Positions 23,101-33,700 of a stretch of 64,000 bases of DNA are shown here, in pieces (the first letter of the stretch is position 1; each line of letters begins with the position of its first letter). The notes beneath the pieces were generated by a model. That model did no database searches. It saw only the letters and a program-made list of their open reading frames with translations, and was not told where the DNA came from. The DNA is from Octopus bimaculoides (lineage: Eukaryota): positions 52,619,883 through 52,683,882 of the forward strand of contig NC_068993.1 of assembly GCF_001194135.2 (NCBI RefSeq), read 5' to 3'. A program made the position numbers and the translations under genes.

Positions 23101-25001
23101 AGACAGACTGGCTGAGGGTTTTCTAAAGTAAAGCAAAAAAACTTAAGCATTAATAATGGTCATTTCAGAATATATAAACTTCTACCTAGCTTATATTATG
23201 CATGTTCAAAGTTGCAGTGGTTTGGCTTTTAAAAAAAAAAAAAAAAAAAAAAAAACGCTAGTGTNNNNNNNNNNTAGTGTAGTCCTAGCCTGCTTCTCCT
23301 GCCCCCTTTTTTGTGTGCCCTCTTATTTTCACTGCTGCTTTTTTTTCCAACTTTACCCACTTGGAGATTTAAAAGGAGTAAGTTTTCAACCCCCTTTTAC
23401 TCTTTAAGAAAAAAAAAAAAAGCTTCAATTTTCAAAATTCTTAAGCCAACAGCACCAAAAATGATGCTTCAGAACCTTCCTTGTAGAGCATATTCTTTTA
23501 GATAGGTAAGGGATCTATCTGGATTAAGCCTAATGCATCCTTTACCTAACAGATAAGAATTAGCAAAAGGAAAAGCGTCCAACATTAAAACACTGTCCCA
23601 ATAATATCTAACCCATGCTGGCATGGAAAAACAACCATAAAAACAAATGAATGTAATGACATTCCTCTGCAACTTAAATGATATAACTGCTCTTTATCAC
23701 CATTTAATGACATAATTTAAGCTATCCTATATTTCAAAATAAAATAGTAATGTCCATCTTAAACCATGCCAGCATAGTTATAAATACAATCAAAACAACA
23801 ATTCAGTAAGCGATAATGGTAAAAAGTTCTTTTGTAAAGTAGCATTCTTTAAAGGTCTGTTAGCCTTCTGTGAATGTAAACTATGAACTTGTTTCACCCA
23901 AACGTAATTTAACTTGTTCACAAAATAGAATTTTTAAAAAAGTTGGTACTGTGCAGTGTTGTTTTCACTATGCTCAAATTCCTAGCCCTCCCTCTCAGTT
24001 ATTCTAACATTGTAAAAACTGCTCTAACAAATTAATGTGTTTCATTTTCAATAATCTTCTTTTCTTGTAATTAGAAGCAACAACTTTGAGAGGTGGGACT
24101 ATAACAGAGACCGTAGCCCTCAACGAGAATCTGATTACAACAGGTGACATTTGTACTTTATTCTGAAAATTTGCTTGAACATTTTAAGAAAAAAATTTTA
24201 GTTTAGAATGCAAAAATCCTATTTTATTCCACCAATAAACGCCCAACATGTAGAATTTGGAGTTTTTATTTATAAAAATAGTCAGATTAGAAATGAAATT
24301 GGCAGTTTGAAAAGAAAGTTTTAATAGTGTTTTTTTTTATGACTGACTTCCCTCGTGAGACCTTAAGATTTACTAAATATTTAATTAGGTCTGCAGATTT
24401 TAATTGTATATTTTATGAACATTGTGCTAGTTTTATAATAAAAAGCAACTTTAGGAGAATATTAAGTCCAAATTAAATTTAGTATAAGGGAAAAAAAAAC
24501 TTGAAGGCTTAATTTTATTGTTTGTACAACTTTTCACAAAATAATTTTAAATATAGGTTTCTTTTCTTGTGATAAAACTTCGCTATATATTTAATTTGAT
24601 ATTTATTTCTGTTATTATGAGGAGTGGGTACCGCCGTGACCGTGAAAGAGAACGGGATCGTGAGAGAGACAGGTCTTGGTCAAGAGATCGTGAACGCACT
24701 CGAGAACACAGACATAGAGACAGAGAAGACAGGCACCGTTCACGCAGGTAAGGAATACTTGTGATGACTGGTCTTTTAAAGTTTACTGCTAAAATTCTCG
24801 TTTGTCTCTTAAATTTTAATTGCCAAAAAACATTGTCTTTCTTGTTGCTGTAGGAAACATCGGGATGAAGAAGAGACAAATGAACATCACCGTTCTAAAC
24901 ACAAGAAAGCAAAGAAGTCAAAACGAGAAAAAGAAGAGGAGGGTAATGATAGCTCAGGCTTAGCTGTAGGAGGAAATGTCCCTCCTGAAGATGTTCCTTG
25001 A
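5111..25001 (+). CDS. FIP1L1: Pre-mRNA 3'-end-processing factor FIP1, complete, 17 coding exons, 1581 nt / 526 aa
   Basis: Exons 5111-5174, 6522-6561, 7381-7513, 8411-8517, 10220-10269, 10441-10572, 12577-12686, 14004-14079, 14897-15065, 15947-16068, 17286-17363, 19053-19086, 20783-20878, 23052-23078, 24075-24143, 24622-24747, 24854-25001. Hallmarks: [17 protein letters not shown], Fip1 domain [35 protein letters not shown], Pro-rich region, RD/RE tail. Frame is continuous. Confidence 0.96.
6522..6561 (+). CDS. FIP1L1: FIP1L1 exon 2
   Basis: Long T tract then CTAG|; [13 protein letters not shown]; donor AG|GTAAGT. Confidence 0.85.
7381..7513 (+). CDS. FIP1L1: FIP1L1 exon 3
   Basis: SDGRNDADE...EAGEL; donor TTG|GTAAGT. 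Confidence 0.88.
7565..8122 (-). mobile_element. Degraded mariner transposon
   Basis: Minus strand gives [28 protein letters not shown]...[22 protein letters not shown] (mariner HTH) with stops. A mariner-like TIR lies near 8100-8122. Confidence 0.85.
8411..8517 (+). CDS. FIP1L1: FIP1L1 exon 4
   Basis: Acidic tract and [11 protein letters not shown]; donor GA|GTAAAT. Confidence 0.93.
10220..10269 (+). CDS. FIP1L1: FIP1L1 exon 5
   Basis: [17 protein letters not shown]; AG/GT sites, phases fit. Confidence 0.85.
10441..10572 (+). CDS. FIP1L1: FIP1L1 exon 6
   Basis: KGIDLEAVG...EDKPWRKP; start of the Fip1 domain. Confidence 0.95.
12577..12686 (+). CDS. FIP1L1: FIP1L1 exon 7
   Basis: [28 protein letters not shown]. 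Confidence 0.96.
14004..14079 (+). CDS. FIP1L1: FIP1L1 exon 8
   Basis: [25 protein letters not shown]; AG/GT, phases fit. Confidence 0.87.
14897..15065 (+). CDS. FIP1L1: FIP1L1 exon 9
   Basis: [15 protein letters not shown] motif; donor TA|GTGAGT. Confidence 0.92.
15947..16068 (+). CDS. FIP1L1: FIP1L1 exon 10
   Basis: Pro-rich [13 protein letters not shown]. Confidence 0.88.
16890..17105 (-). mobile_element. tRNA-derived SINE family B
   Basis: Head ggcgagctggcagaat.gttag... Many copies: ~2345-2540, 17660-18230 (x3), 20150-20720 (x3), 28390-28610, 62140-62540 (x2) on +; 18390-18555, 25890-26065, 54750-54970, 55610-55815 on -. Confidence 0.8.
17286..17363 (+). CDS. FIP1L1: FIP1L1 exon 11
   Basis: [26 protein letters not shown]; donor T|GTAAGT. 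Confidence 0.88.
19053..19086 (+). CDS. FIP1L1: FIP1L1 exon 12
   Basis: Strong pyrimidine tract; [11 protein letters not shown]; needed to bridge phase 1 to phase 2. Confidence 0.82.
20783..20878 (+). CDS. FIP1L1: FIP1L1 exon 13
   Basis: [32 protein letters not shown]; AG/GT. Confidence 0.82.
21145..22200 (-). mobile_element. 5'-truncated RTE-clade LINE (RT C-terminus plus 3' UTR), spanning an N gap
   Basis: [16 protein letters not shown]...[22 protein letters not shown]...[11 protein letters not shown]; (CAT)n tail at 21145. Confidence 0.88.
23052..23078 (+). CDS. FIP1L1: FIP1L1 exon 14 (27-nt microexon)
   Basis: tctacag|GCATCCCACAAGTCAGTCCACTCACAG|gtttgt; phase 2-2, in frame. Confidence 0.6.
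24075..24143 (+). CDS. FIP1L1: FIP1L1 exon 15
   Basis: [19 protein letters not shown]. Confidence 0.87.
24622..24747 (+). CDS. FIP1L1: FIP1L1 exon 16
   Basis: RD/RE dipeptide tract; GAG acceptor. Confidence 0.88.
24854..25001 (+). CDS. FIP1L1: FIP1L1 exon 17 (terminal)
   Basis: RKHRDEEE...[15 protein letters not shown]...EDVP*. Confidence 0.9.
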
Positions 25002-25115
25002 GGACCAAAAGGTGTATGTCAACCGTTTCTTTCCAAAAGTTATTTCCTAAAAAATAAAAAAAATTTAAAGAAAAAAAAAAAACATCAACCATGATGTTAT
25101 ATCACTTGTTTTTGT

Positions 25116-25211
25116 AATAAAAAAATTATTTCAAATTTGTTATGTTTGCATTATTTTTCTGCAGTTACAATAGGCTGAAGTAAATATTTGTAGGTTATAC
25201 TTCTGAATAAA
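25116..25211 (+). terminator. Candidate FIP1L1 poly(A) signals
   Basis: AATAAA at 25116-25121 and 25206-25211, with U/GU-rich sequence downstream. Confidence 0.55.
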
Positions 25212-25397
25212 GTTATTTTAGTGATTTTGTTTTTTTTTCCCCTCTTCTATCTATCCTTACATATTTGCATGTTAAGTTGTCCCTCCCTTAGTAGACTGCA
25301 TATTCTAGGGTTATTTGTAATGTGTTGGTCTGGAGCTTTCATCAATGAATAGTCAAGCCAAACATAGTACGTGAACTTAGCATTAAATGCAGGTTAT

Positions 25398-25403
25398 TTT
25401 ATT
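25398..25403 (-). terminator. Candidate formin poly(A) signal
   Basis: AATAAA on the minus strand about 100 nt after the formin stop. Confidence 0.45.
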
Positions 25404-25502
25404 GACATTGAAAGTTTTTTGTTTCATTATTCACTGGGAAAAACTGTTGGCAGGAATTTGCTGGTTGACTGGTCCTCGTAGGGGTAATAATTTTCAGAGG
25501 CA

Positions 25503-25588
25503 TCATTCGACGAAACCATTTGCAATCATACTTATCAAACTTCCCATGATATCCGAGTCATCAACGTGACGTCTCCGTCTGCGGCCTT
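25503..25588 (-). CDS. INF2: Formin terminal exon (DAD/WH2-like)
   Basis: [28 protein letters not shown]. Confidence 0.8.
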
Positions 25589-28500
25589 CTGGAATATACA
25601 AGGGAAAAAAAATCGTTTATTATTATTATCTATTATAAGGTTGAAATGGAAATAGTGTGGCTACTAAAATAGAGAAACAAGGAAAGCAGTGACTGGAAAG
25701 TAAATTTGTAAGGGAGAAGAAAAGGTTTTGTTTCACGAGATAGGATAAAAGTAAGCTGTAGGGTTATGAAGCTCACTTTGCAATCACAGGGATTTGGGTT
25801 CACTACTTCTGCATTGCCTTGGGTAAGTGTCTTTTGCTATAGTTACAGGCAGCTCAATGCCTTGACTGGACTACTGTTTTTTTTTCCTACTCTAGGGACA
25901 CGGTCCGTCGTTTAGATCAATCCCAGTATGCAACTGGTACTTTATTGGCCCTGAAGGGAAAGGCAAAGTCGACCTCAGTGAAATTTGAACTCAGAACGTA
26001 AAGACAGACGAAATACTGCTAAGCATTTTGCCCAGTGTGCTAACAATTCTGCCAGCTCTCCAGCCTTCTCTGGAGGTCTGTGATCATGTGTACAACACTC
26101 TAATCACTAATGTATGACCTTAAGTACTCAGTACATGATCTAAAGTGGCTCTCTTTAGGAAGGGCGTTCAACTGTAGAAACCATAGCAAGGCAGACACTA
26201 GTGCATGGCAGAGTAAAAGATGTTTTGGATTTTATCAGCTTGTTCTATTAAAACTTTCATAGCACTCTAGTAATGGCCATAATCCAATGATTGAAATAAA
26301 TAAAAAGAAATATAAAAGACTTGCTTTCATGACACAGCAAAATTACTTACTTTCATCCAGTTCTGTCTTTGAGTTTAATTCTTTTCTTTTGTTCATCAGT
26401 TTTTGTTGTTCTCTTTTCTTTTGGCTCTTCTGTTGCATTTCCAACCGAATTTTGTATTGTTTGTTATCCTATGACATAATAATAATAAAGTTATTGAAGC
26501 ATTGATGATGATTATACACCAACAATACCTTCCCACAAGGGAGGTGGAAGAGAGGTCCTTAAAAATAGCTGTAGGTGGGATACTTAAGGCAGATCTCTAA
26601 AAGCAGGGATCCAACTGGAGAGAAGCAAAAAAAGACAACCTAGAATCAAGGATCTGAGTGAAAAGTCACTGATGGTCTAGGCTCCATAGGGAGTGAAAGG
26701 CTTAAATAAAAGTAAAATGGTACATAACTACTAAGTCATCTGCTCACTTGTGAGTGATGGCCATGGTTAGGGTTGTGTTATTCAGAGTTGTAGGTCACTA
26801 ATACTTTCAGACTGTCAACTTGTTTATTATATTAATATTTTGAGGCAACCATGTGACTTGGCCATTGTTAAGTGGCTAAGAAAGGATTGTCAGTCAATGT
26901 TGGTACAGAAATGTAATTCATAATCATTGACTCATGAATAGTACAAATACCAAAGTTCAAGTCTGGCCACTGCCAAATAAACATTCTTTTATTTACACCA
27001 GTGTGTAAAATTCAAGTTGACAATTTCTTTGTTAATCACATGAGGGTCTTAACTATTTACCGTTTTAGCTATGTTAATAATTAAGGTTACGTTTCAAAGA
27101 TTTCCATAAGAAATGGAAAGGTGGTTGCACTGTAACCTGGAGAAATACCAATTTTAATTGAGTTTGGTTAACAAGTTACGTTAATGTATATGTAATAGAC
27201 GGAAGGTGGAACTGAACCTGATGTTAAACCTAATATATGGTTATTGTTAAATTTCTATTGGCTTATTTACACCAGCAAATATTAACAGCTATCCAAGAAC
27301 ACATTTAAGAAACTACATATATAAAGTAGCTACTTAGAAAATCTCTATAAGAGTTGATAGTAGTAACTCTACTGAGAAGTAGTGTTCATTACCACATCAA
27401 TATGTGCTATTCAATGTTACTACCGTTTATATATATATATAAACGTAAAATTCCACGGTACACGTGTTTCAAGCTTTATACCCAAACAGTATCATTATAT
27501 GAGTATATAATTGATATACAGGATGGTTTAAAGCTATCTTCAGCCGCAAATATATTCTGTCCCAAGATTACATCACAAAGAAAAAATCACAAGATATATA
27601 TATATATATATATATGCATATATATATATCCATCCATCCAAATCTTCAACTATTTTCTTTCCTGTTCTAGAAAATTGAAATCTACCTTTTGACATTGCTT
27701 GGCACTTTGTAGGAAGTTGCTGAAACTGCTGAGGAATTCTTCCAACTTGAAGTCCTTTTTCTTCTCACAAAAATGACCCCTTAACTTTTGAACCTTATCA
27801 TCAATTTCTTTAAATTGGTCTTCAGTTTCTTGTATTTCCAATAAAGTTTCCTAGAAATTGAAGCAAAAAGGAAAAATAGTCAAGCAAGCAAGAAATATGA
27901 AACCTGCAAGATTGCAAAATGGTAATTCAGAAACGGTGCAAGTCTGATAATTGGTTGCCTCCAAAATAAATGTATTATATTCATGCTCCAAACAGGACTT
28001 TCTGTCTTTTTGTGTTTTGTGATGGTAGGCACCCCATCAGCTGGAATTCTACATACTTTGACACCTTCTCCAGCAGCAACTTGCTGTGTTCAGCTACCAG
28101 CCCAGGCTCTGCTGCTTGTTGGGCTGAGAAAGGCAAACTGTCAAAGCATTGAACACTCTGACAGGTTCATGGTCGAGCCTGTGGCAGTGGAGACCTCTGG
28201 CATCCTCAGCATAATTATAATCTATTCCATCGAAAACCAATCTCTAGAAAATTTCGTTTAAAAAATTATTCTTCAGAAATATAAGACATTCATCCTACAC
28301 CATTTATGTTAATTCTGTGTGTATAGTGCAAAGAGTGACTGAAGAACTCAACCAACCAACATTGATAGTGGTTATTAGATAAAGGTTTAGAGCAGTGAGC
28401 AGACAGAATTGTTAGCACACTGATCAAAATGCTTAGAGGCATTTCCTCTGACTCTTCATGTTCTGAGTTCAATTTCTGCTGAGTTTGACTTTGCCCTTCA

Positions 28501-29392
28501 TACACTTGGGCTGATAAAATAAGTACCAGATCAGTACTGGGTTGATGTAATCAAATCACTCACTCATCTCAATATTGCTGATTTTGTACAAAAATTAGAA
28601 AGAATTATTATATAAAGATTTTATGAGTAAAACAGAAACAATACAGACAACCTCTATGTTACATTGCTGATAATCTTACCATGAGAAAGAATTCTGTAAC
28701 TTAATCAGATTTTGTTTTAACTTCTTAACTTTTCTCTAAAACCACAGACTTTTAGCAAATGGATTATTAAACAAAACCGAAAAACACTGTTCATTTGTGA
28801 AAGACTAAGAGAGTGTGTTTGTGTGTGAGAGCAAGAGATTGTGTTCTATATGTGTGTGTACGTACTATATAAACATGGAAAAGCATTGAAAAAATCATCT
28901 TATAAAATCCTTGAGGAATTCATCAGGAAATAGATGAACCTCTGCAAGATATGACTCACCTTAATGAAATCACTGTATTGACCCTTTTCCTCAGTAGAGT
29001 TAATATCGGTGCTAAATCTTTTGACATTGGCTTTAAATACACCCAAGTCTTTCTGTAAGGCATCAATTGACAACCTGCAAAAGAGCAATACATCCTGAGT
29101 TATACATTTTTAGTAAATATATATATATATTTATACACACTATTACATATATACACACACTATCATATATATACATGCATACACAAGATTATATATATAC
29201 ACACACTATCATATATATATACACACACATATATATATATACACACACTATCTTATATATAAACTATTTTATATATATATATATATATATATACACACTA
29301 TTTTATTTATATATACATATACACATATATAGACACACACATATATACATATATATATATGCCCATATACACACACATCTATACATATACAT

Positions 29393-29439
<47 letters not shown>

Positions 29440-30736
29440 CATATGTGCTCAGTTCCTAAAACATCGTGCAAAGAATATAAGTAGCGATCGTGATACCCAC
29501 CACGAAGAACTGGTGAAGCTCAGTAGCAATCTATTAAGCAACAACTACCCCAAAAACATACTATCCACTCCAATTATGAAAAAAAAGAGAGGATGAAGCC
29601 AATAAACTGTCCACAGTCTGTCTACCCTATGTGAAAGGCCTCTCCGAAAAGATATGCGGCCCATATGACATCAGGACAGCGTTCAAGAGTAATACAACAC
29701 TTCGCAAATATCTCCTTCGAGTAAAACCACCAATAGAAGAAAATATGACCAAAGACTGCGTGTACTCCATCCCATGCAGCTGTGGTAGGTTATACAAAGG
29801 CGAAACATGCCGCCCCCATCAAAATAAGTTTAGAGGAACATTGCAAATCTGTGACACGAGGAGATATTGATAAATTGGGTATCGCTGATCATGTATAGAA
29901 AAATGGAGCCCATTTCCCCTTGTAAGTTAAAAATAATAGAGAACACTACTCGAAAATACGAAAACTAAAAGAAGCAGCACATATGCTAAGATACAGCAAA
30001 CTCATAAGCAGACCGAGTGCAGATATGAGCACCATATGGGAACCAGTATTAAGGAAGGATAGATTTGTTTGAATAAACCCTTCAAGGTGGCGCCACAGCA
30101 TGACCACAGTTCAATGAATGAAACAAACAAATGATGAAAATGATCCAAAACAGTTGCTTGATCGAACAATTAACCATATTTCTAAGTTACTATCTGAAAT
30201 ATTGAAAATAGGTCAAAGTGAAAAGGTTATGTTGCCACGTTTTTTTTTTTTAATATTTTATTTTAAAACTAAAATGTATAATATATTATATCAAGCCATA
30301 GGAAATTGCATAACTATGTGTGTGCGTGTGAGTGAGTAAGAGCGTTTTTGATTACTGTTTTTAGGCTGTTGACATAAACATGACACACACGTAAATTTTA
30401 AAGCTTTCTGTATTTTATTGAAAAACAAAGCTGTATTTTAATAAAACATGACGACGTAGCCCTATTTTAATACTTATATATCTTATAATAATTTTGCTTG
30501 TCATTTCATTACTTAGCTCGTCGGTAACGCTTTCATGTGATTAGAGAAAAAGAGGGCGAGACGAAAAGAGGCAGAGAGAAGCGTCAATGACGTGAGGTAG
30601 AGGGAACGTAATATCTATTATGTGGTTAAAAAAATTAGTTGAAGGTAGTGATGATATAGAAAAGAGTTAAAGATATTTTAGCAGAGGGGGTGATGTTCAG
30701 ATGGTGAGGTTAAAGAGAGAGAGAGAGGAGGGAAAG

Positions 30737-30778
<42 letters not shown>

Positions 30779-33700
30779 TACTGGTAGAGAGGGAGGTGGT
30801 GGCTATTGGATAGTGAAAAGTGTCTTTTTATAATTTAATTAACTTTTTTATATCACCTATCACTTAACGCATAAGTGCAATTCCGTGAAATATTCACGCT
30901 TATTTACGTGACAGATATACGCAATTTAAATAAAAGTTCTATCATATGTACGGGATTTTTTTTTTAATGAGAAAGAGTGAATTTCATGAGTGCTGTGTAT
31001 TAAGTCTATAAAATTGTGCCTAGAGTATATATATAAAGTGCATTAAGTAATCATGGTATTCTAATTTCTTTCACTTTTCAATGAATAGCAGATGAGCGAC
31101 TATCTTTCCATACAGACACATCACAGGCTACGTTTTCAGGTTTATTAGATTAAGTTTTCAGAAATAACCCAACAGGTTTACCATTAATTCCAAGAAATAT
31201 CCACGGGTTCCGCTAGTTTTTAAATATTTTCTGTAATGCACCTTATTTACTTGTATACAAATTTCACTATCTAATCCATGATTTTAACTGTAAAAATGGG
31301 ATGCGACTTATGCACAGGATAAATCTAAAACTATGATGAACAAAAAATAATTGAATGCGACTTACACGAGTAAATATTATTGAATTTTGAACAGACCAAC
31401 TGATAGTTCGAATAGTAATACACACACGCACTACTAAATGCTTTCGATAAATTGTAATTGCGCTTCGATCAACTTTACTATGTCCAATTATATATTTCAT
31501 CTGGGCTCCTCAACAATTTATAACATTAGAATTACCTCCCTTACATTCTAGAGTTACGATGAATAAAGTTGATTTCTTTTCTTCTTTGATATATTTGAGT
31601 GAAACAATTGACAGCTCTCGTTTGCGGTGTCTTCATACTCCAGCTTTATTTAAAATTGGATTAACTGGAGAATTATCAGATGTTATTGCAAGCAAATCCA
31701 AAAGACACGAGTGTTTACTAGCGTTATTGGATAAACAGACTGGAAGTATGGAGAATAAATTATAATAGTATAAGTAAAGAATAACAGAGGAAGGGGTGAA
31801 TGGATAGTCTAAATTAGAATGAAACGACCTACTTGCTTGCACTGTTTATTATAGGCTGGAGTTCTTCGACAAACAAGAAATTATTGGATTCCTCAGCTTG
31901 ATTGACAAGGAAATGTAATAACGTAACACCTGTCTCATTTGATTTGGTTTCCTTGAAGAGTTTTAGAGCAGAACTAATTTCAAAACCAACAGCATTCCCT
32001 GCAAAACGTCCCTGGAAAGAATAACAAATTAAGTTCAATGGAGAATTACAAATATTGATGTCATCTCATGGAAGGATTCTTTCAAAGTTACATTTACAAA
32101 AAAAAAAAATTTCTCGATATGTCAGTACTGCAAGAATAATTTATAGATCCAAATAGAACGCTTTTGATTTTGTTACATAGGTGTGGCTGTGTGGTAAAGA
32201 AGCTTTCCTCCCAACCACATGGTTCTGGGTTCAGTACCACTGCATGGCACCTTGGGCAAGTATCTTCTACTATAGCGTCGGGCTGATCAAAGTCTTGTGA
32301 GTGGATTTGGTAGACGGAAACTGAAAGAAGCCCCTTATATTTGTAAGTGTGTGTATCCCACTATTGCTTGATAACCAGTGTTTGTTTACGTCCCCGTAAT
32401 TTAACAGTTCAGCAACGGAGACCGATAGGATAAGTACCAGTTTCTTTTTTAAGTACTGGGATCGATTCATTCAACTAATAATCCTGCAAGCCAGTGCCCC
32501 AGCTTTGCCATAGTCTAACAATCAAAACAAATAAAAGATAGCTTTTTGTGTGTGGTGGGGGGGATTCTCCTCTGTTGTAGTTTTGTATCTTAATTATAAA
32601 AATTACGTTCATGTTTTGGAGATATCAATATTAAAAGAAAATTAAAGATTAAATGATTTGAAGAAGAAAACTTTAAAGATTGAAATACTTTCTTTGGTAC
32701 ATATACATATCTACATACATATACATTATACGTCAATTTGATTGGTTGATTTACTGAATGCCTGGTTATGTGGCTACGGCCACACCACAGTGCCTGTGCT
32801 TGGATACAAGGTGTCAACATCCGAGATATTTTAAATCAAGAACGTATTTTTACATAACCTTGTCAAAGAATGAAGATCGGTGCCTTTATCATAACCAGCA
32901 CTCGACTAGGACCCTCACAATTACTCCGTTTATTGGGTCTCACTATTTCTGATGATCTAGTCTGTTAAAAGTACATCCTTAACAAAGCTAGGACTACCTT
33001 TCTTTTCAGGGTCAGAGGAGAGTACTCTCTATTGACACTTCACAAAACACAAGGAATATTCACAATGGAGTATTGCTCTCACATCTACGACAGTGATGCT
33101 GCTGCTGCTCATAAATATATTTAAAAACCTTCAAAAGTGGGCCATTTGACTGATTGGTGTAAAGTTACTCACAGATATGTCCCAACTTCAGGCCTATAGA
33201 CTTGCTGTCTATTCTTTCTGTCCTTTTTACTAGCACTATAATGGCCTCTGCTCTTGGGAGCTGGCTGCCCTCCTACCATTACAATTCAGTTATTTTGGAT
33301 CCACTGGTCTTTCCCTCACTCATCCCCCTTGTATTTAAATCCCTCTGCCCCAGACCCTTCAATAAACATTATGTCCAGTCCTTCATTCCCCAAATGTTAT
33401 CCCTCTGGAATTCCCTCTCTGCTCATGTCTTTCCCCACATGTCGATTAAGAAAGGTTTAAGAGAAATATTAATGGCATCAACTTCAACCAGTATAGGAGG
33501 GTCTGCAAAGAACTGGTCACTGCCTTTTGCTCCAGATCTCAGTGATTTGTGAGAGGAAGTTGTCTTAATACTTGAAAACTGATCTCAAAACTGGGGTCTG
33601 TGAAAATAATCCAATTAAACTGGGTGATAGAATAAGTTTAAGTATCCAATTTGATCCTGCACAAGAACCTTCTCAATGTTAGACAAAGGAGCCTATCTGA

